64,000 bases of DNA. Origin: Candidatus Bathyarchaeota archaeon (lineage in GTDB: Archaea; Thermoproteota; Bathyarchaeia; Bathyarchaeales; Bathycorpusculaceae). Shown here piece by piece: positions 28,866-37,210 of this stretch. The stretch's first letter is position 1. Every line of letters begins with the position of its first letter. Below the pieces are notes generated by a model. That model saw only the letters and a program-made list of their open reading frames with translations. It had not been told where the DNA came from and did no database searches. The translations under genes and the position numbers were made by a program. The DNA is taken from NCBI GenBank assembly GCA_963826715.1, contig CAWGYA010000007.1, positions 160,001-224,000 on the forward strand, read 5' to 3'.

Positions 28866-28986
28866 GAGATTTGACTTGAAAAGCCCAAGCGTCCAACCAA
28901 ATAATGCAACTGTTAACGCGATTCCTATAGCGCTAGCAATAGTTACGGTTGCTGGTTTGTTGGCGTACTCCAAAAAACATAAGCCG

Positions 28987-29622
28987 ATGAAGTTAAGTGA
29001 GCTGAGTAAAGGTTTGGCTTTAGCTTTTGTTCTAACATTGGTTGTGTCAAGCCTAATGATGGTTGAATCTGCAGTCGCTCAGACACCTACACCTGTTGCA
29101 ACTTTGACACAGTCAGAACCAACTGTTTCTTTTGCTCTTTGGCATACAAATTCATCTGTTATTCAGCCACCAGCAGATGAACTTGAACATATTCCTCCAA
29201 TCTGTGAAATAGTGTTTCCTGAAAATCAAACTGTGTTGCAAGCAAGCAACTTTACATTAACAGTAGATGTGGCTTCGTATTTTTGGACGATTGATAGTGT
29301 TTATTACCAAGCGGATTGGCAAGACGGTATTCACCAGCTTTTTGGTATTCAGACTAATTATGTAAACTCATTAAACGCCTCAATTGTCGCAACGTTTCAA
29401 CAGATTCCTTTCGGTAATCATACATTGACCGTTTATGCTAATACCCATGATAACTCCCATAGCAATGCCACAGTTACATTTTCAACCGAAAGGTTCACAG
29501 AAAAACCTCAGCCTTCTTCGTCTTTTTCCGTCGTAGCTGTTGTTGCTGTCATCTTAGTAGTTTTCGGAATAAGTGTAGGTTTTATGCTTTATAGAAGGCA
29601 TCGAAAAACCGCTAACCCCTGA
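28987..29622 (+). CDS. Ig-like domain surface protein with C-terminal anchor
   Basis: Signal peptide from MKLSELSKG; PPICEIVFPEN, GNHTLTVYAN; anchor FMLYRRHRK. Confidence 0.8.
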   Translation: MKLSELSKGLALAFVLTLVVSSLMMVESAVAQTPTPVATLTQSEPTVSFALWHTNSSVIQPPADELEHIPPICEIVFPENQTVLQASNFTLTVDVASYFWTIDSVYYQADWQDGIHQLFGIQTNYVNSLNASIVATFQQIPFGNHTLTVYANTHDNSHSNATVTFSTERFTEKPQPSSSFSVVAVVAVILVVFGISVGFMLYRRHRKTANP

Positions 29623-29668
29623 ATTAAGGCCTTTTCTCAATCAAATGTATAATCACCCAATCGCTTGC

Positions 29669-29707
29669 TGTTCTTTTAGCGGAACAGATTGTTCTCTAAG
29701 GAGAGCT
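29669..29707 (+). promoter_or_regulatory. Tandem operator type B
   Basis: TGTTCT-TTTAGC-GGAACA-GAT-TGTTCT-CTAAGG-AGAGCT upstream of the 29782 gene. Confidence 0.65.
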
Positions 29708-29781
29708 AAAAGTAACTCTAGCATACTCTATTTTGAGCAGAAATAAAGAAAGCTCTGTAACTAAGGGGAAATGATGACTAA

Positions 29782-30234
29782 ATGAAAACCAAAGTAAAAG
29801 TTTTAGCTATAATAATTTCAGCAATAGTCATAGCAACCATTGGATTTACTGTTGAATTTAGTGTTATACCAACCGAAACACAGTCTATTTCTTCACTAAT
29901 AACAACGCCAACGAAACCTATAACAAATAATGTGACAGTCTCAGGTTTAATTATTAGCCACGGCTTAACTGTCCCACCTACCGAAGTGCAATTCATAAAC
30001 ACAGAAACCCATGAGGTTTACAAAGCGCCAATAAGTCAGCCACAATATTCCTATGCTATATCTCTTCCAGTTAATCAAACGTATGGTATAGAAGGCGACT
30101 GGAACGGCAGGACATTTAACGCTACTGGAATACCGATGGGTGCCATAACAATGAGATGTGACAATGGTTTACCAATTCTAAATCTATACAACGCCAACAG
30201 CACAATGATACAAAATCTTGTCGTTGGGCAATAA
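29782..30234 (+). CDS. N-terminally anchored extracellular protein
   Basis: N-terminal TM and a beta-rich domain (VTVSG...YAISLPVNQTY). Confidence 0.75.
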   Translation: MKTKVKVLAIIISAIVIATIGFTVEFSVIPTETQSISSLITTPTKPITNNVTVSGLIISHGLTVPPTEVQFINTETHEVYKAPISQPQYSYAISLPVNQTYGIEGDWNGRTFNATGIPMGAITMRCDNGLPILNLYNANSTMIQNLVVGQ

Positions 30235-30570
30235 GAGTAAGTAAACCTTTTCCCACGGCTAGAATACACTTTCATTTTAAGGCATGCTGTTTAGTGGTCC
30301 CTTTGCCTGCGACTGGTGAAAAGCATATTTCTCTAATTATGGACGCAGTTGCGGAAAAAGCTCTCATCAGTCTCCAGCTTAATATCCCCTGTCTTGAGCT
30401 TCAGCGTTGACTATATGTTAATTCTTATAAAGTGGCTTGGTGATAGGCCTATTTTGTGTAGGCCGCTCTGTGGAAAGCGGTAAGTTTCAATCTCTTCCCG
30501 GGGCTGCGGGCTTGCTAGTTTACTTCAAGAAACGCAAATACTACAGTCAATAGCAAAGAAACAAAACAGA

Positions 30571-30767
30571 ACCCTTGGCATTCACCCGCTTATCCGCACG
30601 GATTCTACAGAGTATAACATGCGGCTGGCAGGAATGCTTTCTCCAAAGGAATGCGTCTCAAGTACAGTCGAGGCCTAATTAAAGATGACAAAGTAATCTC
30701 AGGAGTGGACAAGAAAGAAGTATTCACCGCTTTATAATTGACCTGCCCTTTGCCACATGATCGCGAG
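30571..30767 (+). pseudogene. Family X DNA polymerase (pol beta thumb) remnant
   Basis: Reads LIRTDSTEYNMRLAGM, then after a frameshift AFSKGMRLKYSRGLIKDDKVISGVDKKEVFTAL*LTCPLPHDRE. Matches the PolX pattern TGS..HN..L...A..KG..L...GL...E.EVF..LGL...P..RE. Confidence 0.65.
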
Positions 30768-30822
30768 ATATTAGAAACAAACCTCTTTGGCAAAAATAGA
30801 ACCCAAGCGACAACTGATTTGG

Positions 30823-31242
30823 TTAACGGTATTGTTTGGTCTTCTTGTATTCATCGTATTTGTAGAGGGTTTCGGATATTTGGCTGCGTATAAATTGCTC
30901 TGGACTGCGGAAAGGTGAACCCATTTCTTTTAGGGCTTCATCGAGCTCATCATACTGCTCACGAGAAACTTCTAGGAATTCGTTATCGTTTTTCAATCGT
31001 TCTAGTCGGTAGCGTATGGCATCACGGACAAAGTCCTCTTTGTTGGTAAAGCCTATGTCTTTGTTTTCTTCAATGAAGTTTTCCACTTTGGCAATGACTT
31101 CAGACGGAAGAATAACCGACTGCTCTAGGAGAGCGTTTATAGCGTCTTGGTAAGTTTGCATTTTGTTAGTCTCAGCGGTGAGCTCGCCTAGGAGACCGGT
31201 TAGTTTGCTATGTATGTCGTCTGAGATTTTTATTGCTTTCAT
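30823..31242 (-). CDS. Ribbon-helix-helix (CopG-like) regulator
   Basis: MKAIKISDDIH.KL and SVILPSEV...GFTNKEDFVRDAIR; divergent from 31348. Confidence 0.75.
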   Translation of the reverse strand: MKAIKISDDIHSKLTGLLGELTAETNKMQTYQDAINALLEQSVILPSEVIAKVENFIEENKDIGFTNKEDFVRDAIRYRLERLKNDNEFLEVSREQYDELDEALKEMGSPFRSPEQFIRSQISETLYKYDEYKKTKQYR

Positions 31243-31347
31243 GCCGTATTTCTCCTGTGAACAGAAGTATGATTAGTAGGATTAGATTTATAAGGTTTCT
31301 CATAGTAACGGAGTTAACTAAGTTAACCATAAGGGGAATTGTGAGAA

Positions 31348-31560
31348 ATGAAAGCAAAAGTCGCCTTCACTATCGATCAAGAGGTTCTAAAAGAAATAGA
31401 CGCCTTAAGGGACCTAGCAACGCGAAGCGCTTTCGCCAATGAAATCCTCAAACAAGGACTCAAAGCATACAAGGCAACTCATAAGCGACCTAAGGCGCCA
31501 TTTCCAGCCGTGACCTTTGATACGGCTGAGGAAACAGCGTTAGCGAGGGAGAGACCATGA
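31348..31560 (+). CDS. Ribbon-helix-helix DNA-binding protein
   Basis: KVAFTIDQEVLKEIDALR...RSAFANEILKQGL. Confidence 0.75.
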   Translation: MKAKVAFTIDQEVLKEIDALRDLATRSAFANEILKQGLKAYKATHKRPKAPFPAVTFDTAEETALARERP

Positions 31561-31796
31561 CGGAGCGACATAAGGTTTGCCCCTTAGCCGCAGCCCATCC
31601 TCAACAGGAAAACAGCGATTGCCTAGGCGAAGCGTGCGCATGTCACGTAAAAATGCAAAAGCCCCGCTTAATGCAGACAGGCAATACCAGCATTGTTGAT
31701 CCAGAGAGTTTCTATCGCTATGTCGGATGCGGACTGGTAGCACACATTCCTTGGGAACTTGTCAACTTCGAAAAGATTCCAGAACTAGACAAGTAA
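31557..31796 (+). CDS. Small Cys-rich protein
   Basis: CPL...CLGEACAC...GCGL; overlaps the previous stop (ATGA). Confidence 0.6.
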   Translation: MTERHKVCPLAAAHPQQENSDCLGEACACHVKMQKPRLMQTGNTSIVDPESFYRYVGCGLVAHIPWELVNFEKIPELDK

Positions 31797-31840
31797 ACTA
31801 ACCAATCACAAGAAACTGAAATAACAAAGGGTGGGAGGGA

Positions 31841-33109
31841 ATGGTTGGATATTCAGGCGGGGTTAAGTCTTCTGACGTTTTTGGCACCTTCTCCAGCATG
31901 CCCGCTTGTGGATCCACGCTTCAAGAAAGCATCCCCCTAAACCCACCTTGCCCTCAATGTAACTCAAAACGGCTATGGCGAGACTCCAAACGTTACACAG
32001 CCGCAGGAGACGAAATACAAAGATGGCTCTGCCGAGACTGTGGCTTACGTTTTAGCGATCCAATGGACCTCAAAAACTCATGGACCAATAAGGAAAGGGC
32101 GCATCGGACCAATCAACCCAATGAATTAAAAACGGCACAGGGAATACTATACTCAAGCCAAATATGCGCAATCGAGGCGAAAAATTTGGATGCAGAACAA
32201 CAGACCACTGGAGTTCTGCGGAGCAACAATCAAGCAGACATCAAAGGCAAAATCATTGAACACGCTTTCTGGATGCAAAAAGAAGGATACGCCGAAGCAA
32301 CAATCTCACGCCGCATACGGTTCCTAAAAACAATGATGAACAAAGGAGCCAACCTAGCAGACCCCGAATCACTCAAAGAAATGATAGCCAGACAACAAAA
32401 CTGGCAAGTCAAAACAAAAGACATCGCCGTCGAAACATACAGCCTCTTCCTAAAAATGCAAGGCTTAACCTGGAACCCACCAAAATTCAAAAGCGTCAAA
32501 AAACTGCCATTTATCCCCACAGAGCAAGAAATCAACAGCCTAATCGCCGGCAGCAACAGAAAAACCGCAATTTTCCTACAGCTACTCAAAGAAACAGGAA
32601 TACGATGCGGAGAAGCCTTCCTACTCAAATGGACCGACTTCAACTTCGAAAACAGAACCGTCGACATAACCCCCGAAAAAGGCAGCGAGCCAAGACAACT
32701 ACCAATCTCAAGTCAGCTAATAGCAATGCTAAACAGCCTACCAAGAGACCACGAAAAACCCTACGGATGCAGCGAACGACATTTCGCAAGAGCCTTCCGC
32801 CTACAAAGAAGCAGAGTAGCATTCAACCTCAAAAACGACCGCTTAAAGAAAATCCACTTCCACACCCTACGCCACTGGAAAGCCACCACTGAATACGCTA
32901 AAACCAAAGACATCTTACACGTCATGAAAATACTCGGCCACAGAAACATCCAAAACACCCTACTCTACACACAGCTCATAACTTTCAAAAACGACGAATT
33001 CCACAGCGCAACCGCCAAAACCGTAGAAGACGCACAAAAGCTCGTTGAGGCAGGATTCGAATATGTATGCGACTTTGGAGAAGTAAAACTATTCAGGAAG
33101 CGAAAGTAA
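31841..33109 (+). CDS. int: Tyrosine integrase with N-terminal Zn-ribbon
   Basis: CPQC...CRDC; catalytic R (TGIRCGE), K (PEKG), HTLR, LGH and Y (TLLY); adjacent to the tRNA. Confidence 0.92.
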   Translation: MVGYSGGVKSSDVFGTFSSMPACGSTLQESIPLNPPCPQCNSKRLWRDSKRYTAAGDEIQRWLCRDCGLRFSDPMDLKNSWTNKERAHRTNQPNELKTAQGILYSSQICAIEAKNLDAEQQTTGVLRSNNQADIKGKIIEHAFWMQKEGYAEATISRRIRFLKTMMNKGANLADPESLKEMIARQQNWQVKTKDIAVETYSLFLKMQGLTWNPPKFKSVKKLPFIPTEQEINSLIAGSNRKTAIFLQLLKETGIRCGEAFLLKWTDFNFENRTVDITPEKGSEPRQLPISSQLIAMLNSLPRDHEKPYGCSERHFARAFRLQRSRVAFNLKNDRLKKIHFHTLRHWKATTEYAKTKDILHVMKILGHRNIQNTLLYTQLITFKNDEFHSATAKTVEDAQKLVEAGFEYVCDFGEVKLFRKRK

Positions 33110-33159
33110 AATGACAAAAAAATCGAACAAAATCATCGCCAATGGGGCCACTGGAAATG

Positions 33160-33238
33160 TGGTGGGGCCGCTGGGATTTGAACCCAGGATCGCTTGCACC
33201 CCAAGCAAGTATCCTAATCCATGCTAGACGACGGCCCC
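33160..33238 (-). tRNA. tRNA-Pro(GGG), CCA encoded
   Basis: Reverse complement GGGGCCGTCGTCTAGCATGGATTAGGATACTTGCTTGGGGTGCAAGCGATCCTGGGTTCAAATCCCAGCGGCCCCACCA. Anticodon stem CTTGC/GCAAG, T-loop GTTCAAATC. Confidence 0.95.
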
Positions 33239-33589
33239 GCGGGATACATGCTTTTCAAAGGAGCTAAAAGAAACACAGCAAGCAATCATAAAAACCTTAA
33301 CCTTTCTTTAAATCAACTCTAAGTGTGAAAACCGTAAAAAAGCAGAGTGAAGGAAAGTTTAAACAAATAAACAGCTCAACAAAGCGTCAATGGTGAGCTA
33401 AGATAGTTGGTACTTTCAATCCTCCGTTTGTAATTTGCTAAAATAGCTTATTCACTCTGGATTATAAGTAAAACTTGCTCTTCCATCATTTTTGTGATTT
33501 AATATAAAAATTATTACAAAATTTTACCCAGATTTAATGAAAGATATATTAAAGCAACGAATAATTTATAGAATGATCAAATTAGTTAT

Positions 33590-33889
33590 GTGGGTGAATT
33601 TATGATAAATTTCGAAGAACTTGTGGGTTTAGACATAGTAACTTCTGAAGCTCGGATCATTGGAAAAATTAAAGGCGCAAAAGTTGATACCGCGAATTGG
33701 GAGATAAAGTTTTTGAACGTAAGGCTTACTGGCGAGGCAGCTGAGAGTCTTGGTATGAAGAAGAGATTTAGAAGTTGTCAGATATGCATTCCAGTTGGTA
33801 TGGTTATAGCAGTTGCGCACGTGGTGACTATTTCACGTTCATTATCAGAGTTGGAGAGTTCTCAAGAAATCGCAGAATGCAAAGATTAA
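33590..33889 (+). CDS. PRC-barrel domain protein
   Basis: ELVGLDIVTSEARIIGKIKGAKVDTANWEI. Confidence 0.85.
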   Translation: MGEFMINFEELVGLDIVTSEARIIGKIKGAKVDTANWEIKFLNVRLTGEAAESLGMKKRFRSCQICIPVGMVIAVAHVVTISRSLSELESSQEIAECKD

Positions 33890-34033
33890 ACTCCGAAGCC
33901 TTTAAGTACTAAAATTCGACAGCATTTCCAACTCACTCTTAGTTGGACTGAAAATACTCTTCCAAAGGTACCTCCCTCACTTTGTATCTTGCCTTTTTTT
34001 AACCTAGGAAAAAGTGTTAACTGGAAAAGCAAA

Positions 34034-35053
34034 CTATGCTTCTGTGACTTTTGCATTTTTTAAAACATTAACGTTGCCAGTTCCCTTAGTTACGTAACCC
34101 ACTTCACAGTGACGGACTTTGTGTTTATCAAGTTCACTCTGCAAATTATCCGAATCTGCCTTCGCTACAGCCAAGAGGATACCACCCGCGGTTTCCTTCG
34201 CTTCACCCGATAGAAGTGGGTAACCGAAGAGGTCGGCAAGTTTAGGCGTGCCTGGAATTACCCAGAGGGTATCGATGACTATATCCACATTGCTTAGAAC
34301 CGCCATGTTGGCTGAGTGTCCCTTAAGCCCAAAGCCAGTGACATCCGTAGCGGCATGCACTCGAACCTTTTGCATTACCTCTGCAACAGGTTTGTTAGAG
34401 GTAATCATCCCCGATATAGCACCGCTAACAGCTACCTCTACCATATCCTCGGGAACATCAATCAAGAGTTCTTTGCCCTCCTCATCTTTGCGCAAACGAT
34501 AAGCAGCCATGGCGGGTGCAATTCCTAACGGTTTGGTAAGGAATAATTTATCGCCTACTTTGGCACCTTTCGTGTAAACGATTTTTTCGGGGTTACCTAT
34601 ACCTGTTGCTGCTCCACCAATAATGGGCCAGGGGTTGCGAATAGTATGCCCGCCCACAACAGGGGTGTCCATTTCTCTACAAAAGTCGCCAAAACCTTTG
34701 AGCATACCGACAGCGATTTCGCTGGGCATGTTTTCAGGAAAAGCCATTATTGTGAGGACAGAGGCAATTTTGGTGACTCCGAGTGTATAGATGTCGCTTG
34801 TGACGTTGCTGCCCGCAATACGCCCCTGAATTTCAGGTTCATCAACCATCGGAGTGAAAAAATCAAGCGAGTTTAAAACCGCTATTTCATCAGCGATTTT
34901 GATTACACTGCTATTTTCCCACGGACCAGCCAAAACGTCGGGTTTAAATTCTTGTGTTAAGCCTGCTTGGTCAAGTAATTCGCCAAGTTGATACTGCGGT
35001 AATTTGCAACTGCATCCATGAACGGGAACAGCTTTGGTTAATCTATAACTCAT
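34034..35053 (-). CDS. selD: Selenide, water dikinase (selenophosphate synthetase), Cys form
   Basis: GCSCKL (TGC codons), DFFTPMVD, SDIY, GGHTI, LTKPLG, ATDVTGFGLKGH. Confidence 0.92.
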   Translation of the reverse strand: MSYRLTKAVPVHGCSCKLPQYQLGELLDQAGLTQEFKPDVLAGPWENSSVIKIADEIAVLNSLDFFTPMVDEPEIQGRIAGSNVTSDIYTLGVTKIASVLTIMAFPENMPSEIAVGMLKGFGDFCREMDTPVVGGHTIRNPWPIIGGAATGIGNPEKIVYTKGAKVGDKLFLTKPLGIAPAMAAYRLRKDEEGKELLIDVPEDMVEVAVSGAISGMITSNKPVAEVMQKVRVHAATDVTGFGLKGHSANMAVLSNVDIVIDTLWVIPGTPKLADLFGYPLLSGEAKETAGGILLAVAKADSDNLQSELDKHKVRHCEVGYVTKGTGNVNVLKNAKVTEA

Positions 35054-35132
35054 TTGGTTTTCCCCAATATGAAACATGTAGTTTTACATTATAAAACTTT
35101 TAAATTGCCCATACAGAAAGGAGGAGGAGCCA

Positions 35133-36434
35133 TCAGGCTTGCTTTTTGCCCTGGATTATTTCTAGGAAGGCCTCAATGCGGGTTTGAATTTGAGGGACGT
35201 CACCCATGGCGTAGTCAGTTTCGATTTTAAGCATTGGCAGCCCTTCTGCTTTTAACCCTCGCTCAACTTTAACGGCTTCCACATTGTAGTCATGGCAGTT
35301 TTGCAGGGTATAATATATTACCCCATCCGCCCTGAATTGTTTGGCAAGGTCAAGTACATTTTTTACTCGTCGATCGTTGGGGGTGAAGCATGCACAAGGA
35401 ATCTGGCTATACTTCTCAACAATAGCCCAAAGTAAATCATTTATTCCCTCACCCTTGGGCTCAACAAGTTCTGAGAAGTAACGAGTGCCAACACAGCTTT
35501 CTTCCACCACCACTGTAGCACCTGTTGCTTGCGCTATACTGTGGATTTTCCAGTTGGGAATCGCCATTGGGCAGCCTGAAATCATCAACCTTGGAGCATC
35601 TTTAGCCGCAATGCCGCTGCCGTTTTTGATGCGTTCTTCAAGTTCATCACAGAGCTCGTTAACTTTAGCGGTAAAGCGCACGGGATCATCGTTGAAACTA
35701 ATTTGGTTAATAAGTAAAGCATCTAATCCGCTGATGGGCGAGGGGCTGTTTGCCCGTAAATCGCTTAGGCGTTTTAGGGCTTTGCGTTTGCCATTGATTA
35801 ATCCAATGGCAGTTTTGAGTTTCTCGGCGGTTATTTTGTTTCCTGTAAGTTCCTCAAGCTTGGTTTTAAATGCTTCAAGCTCTTTGAACCAGAAATCTTT
35901 ACCCTGTTGCGAGTCGGGTTTGTGCGGTACTTCTATAACATAAGTTGGAATAAGCTCGTTTAGTAGCTCGTACACTTTCTTCTTACCATCGCAGGTGGTT
36001 TCACCAACAACGAGGTCGCTAGATTGAAAGTAGGGGCAAGTGCCATTGAGTTTGAAGCCATAAAAGGACTTTATTAGAGGACAGAGGTTTCGGGGTAGGA
36101 TGGCTTCAGCATCGGGAACCGAGAAATCTGCTCCGCCGCATAAACCCACCATTGACGCATCCGCAGCGTAAGCGAGTTCTTCTGGTGCGTAGATGCAGAA
36201 GGCACCGATGACTTTTTTACATTTTGCACGTTGGTCATTTAATTCTTTTATGCGTAAGCCGTGGATTTCGGAGACGACGAAGTCAAAATAATCCATTTTT
36301 TTGGGGCGATTTTTTTGGGCGAGGTAAATATCTGTATAAAACTGTCCTAGGGTGTTTAGGAGTACGTTGTGTTTTTCAATGTCGATTCCGATGCTCTTCC
36401 ACATTTCAACGTATTTTTCTGACATAGAGTTCAC
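35133..36434 (-). CDS. Double-cubane cluster protein (2-hydroxyacyl-CoA dehydratase family)
   Basis: MDYFDFVVSEIHGLRIKEL, FCIYAPEE, GLCGG, NLCPLIKS, CPYF, GETTCDGKKK, EESCVG, CACFTPN, ETDY. Confidence 0.85.
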   Translation of the reverse strand: MNSMSEKYVEMWKSIGIDIEKHNVLLNTLGQFYTDIYLAQKNRPKKMDYFDFVVSEIHGLRIKELNDQRAKCKKVIGAFCIYAPEELAYAADASMVGLCGGADFSVPDAEAILPRNLCPLIKSFYGFKLNGTCPYFQSSDLVVGETTCDGKKKVYELLNELIPTYVIEVPHKPDSQQGKDFWFKELEAFKTKLEELTGNKITAEKLKTAIGLINGKRKALKRLSDLRANSPSPISGLDALLINQISFNDDPVRFTAKVNELCDELEERIKNGSGIAAKDAPRLMISGCPMAIPNWKIHSIAQATGATVVVEESCVGTRYFSELVEPKGEGINDLLWAIVEKYSQIPCACFTPNDRRVKNVLDLAKQFRADGVIYYTLQNCHDYNVEAVKVERGLKAEGLPMLKIETDYAMGDVPQIQTRIEAFLEIIQGKKQA

Positions 36435-36509
36435 TTGGTGATGTTGAGAGATAGAAAATCAGTACTTATTAAAATTATTGATAATTAAAATTAAAAAAAA
36501 TAATAATGC

Positions 36510-36734
36510 CTACTGTTTTTTAATCAGCACCACAAACTCGGCGTTATCCTTATGCGCCTGCACTACCTCATGACCGTTATTCTTAACCCAGCGCTGAATA
36601 TTATCAAACTCCAATTCACCCTCACCAGTAACTTCCAAAAGCTCTCCAACAGCCAACTCTCCCAACCTACGTTTGGTGAGTGCCACAGGAATGGGGCACA
36701 TTTTACCTTTAACATCAAGCTTTTCAACGCTCAC
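36510..36734 (-). CDS. tusA: TusA/SirA-family sulfur (or selenium) carrier
   Basis: LDVKGKMCPIP motif. Confidence 0.85.
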   Translation of the reverse strand: MSVEKLDVKGKMCPIPVALTKRRLGELAVGELLEVTGEGELEFDNIQRWVKNNGHEVVQAHKDNAEFVVLIKKQ

Positions 36735-36747
36735 GAAACCCGCTCTC

Positions 36748-37104
36748 CTAGAATGTTAGGACTTTATCGCTGATAGTTGTCCACTCAACCAGATCATGAA
36801 TGGTTGCAAGTTTAACGCCTTCAAAAAGGTCATCTTGGGTTAGCCCACGTGCTTCTGCGCAAACAGCGCATCCTTTTACTTCCACGCCGCCCTTGACCAG
36901 GTCTTCTAACATCTGACCATAGTTGGTCAAGCCCTGGGCAGGTTTTTGTCCTTTTTTAGCGAGGTAAACTCCATTTTCGAAGAGCCAGATTCTGACTTTG
37001 TGGCCTTCCAAGTCAGCGGTCCATGCGAATCGGAGGGCTGATAGAGCACGTTCTTTTGCGTAGGGGGACTCAAAAATTATCATGGTAAAATTCGCCATGT
37101 ACAA
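36748..37104 (-). CDS. DsrE/DsrF-family protein
   Basis: ESPY, IWLFENGV, CAVCAEARG. Confidence 0.85.
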   Translation of the reverse strand: MYMANFTMIIFESPYAKERALSALRFAWTADLEGHKVRIWLFENGVYLAKKGQKPAQGLTNYGQMLEDLVKGGVEVKGCAVCAEARGLTQDDLFEGVKLATIHDLVEWTTISDKVLTF

Positions 37105-37210
37105 TCTAACTCTAAATTGTTCTAATAGCTCTTATTAGAAAATCGAATATAAGGCTTATCTTTGCACAGAAACGGAATACAAATATAAACATACAAAGAA
37201 AACAATAAAC

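Larger units (their letters stand above)
1..33160. mobile_element. Head-tail (Caudoviricetes-like) provirus or provirus-like element integrated at the tRNA-Pro 3' end; left boundary outside the window
   Basis: Terminase-portal-protease-capsid-neck-tail gene order at 1954-17711. Intact tyrosine integrase ends 50 bp from the tRNA-Pro 3' end. Housekeeping genes begin on the other side of the tRNA. No second att copy was seen in the window. Confidence 0.85.

Noticed and set aside
32230-32958. Several antisense and alternate-frame ORFs within the integrase (also within the capsid, DCCP, leuS and nfnB genes)
   Set aside because: Shadow ORFs explained by skewed codon usage in well-supported genes.
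34990-35030. Possible selenocysteine in the SelD active site
   Set aside because: Both codons in GCSCK are TGC; there is no in-frame TGA.
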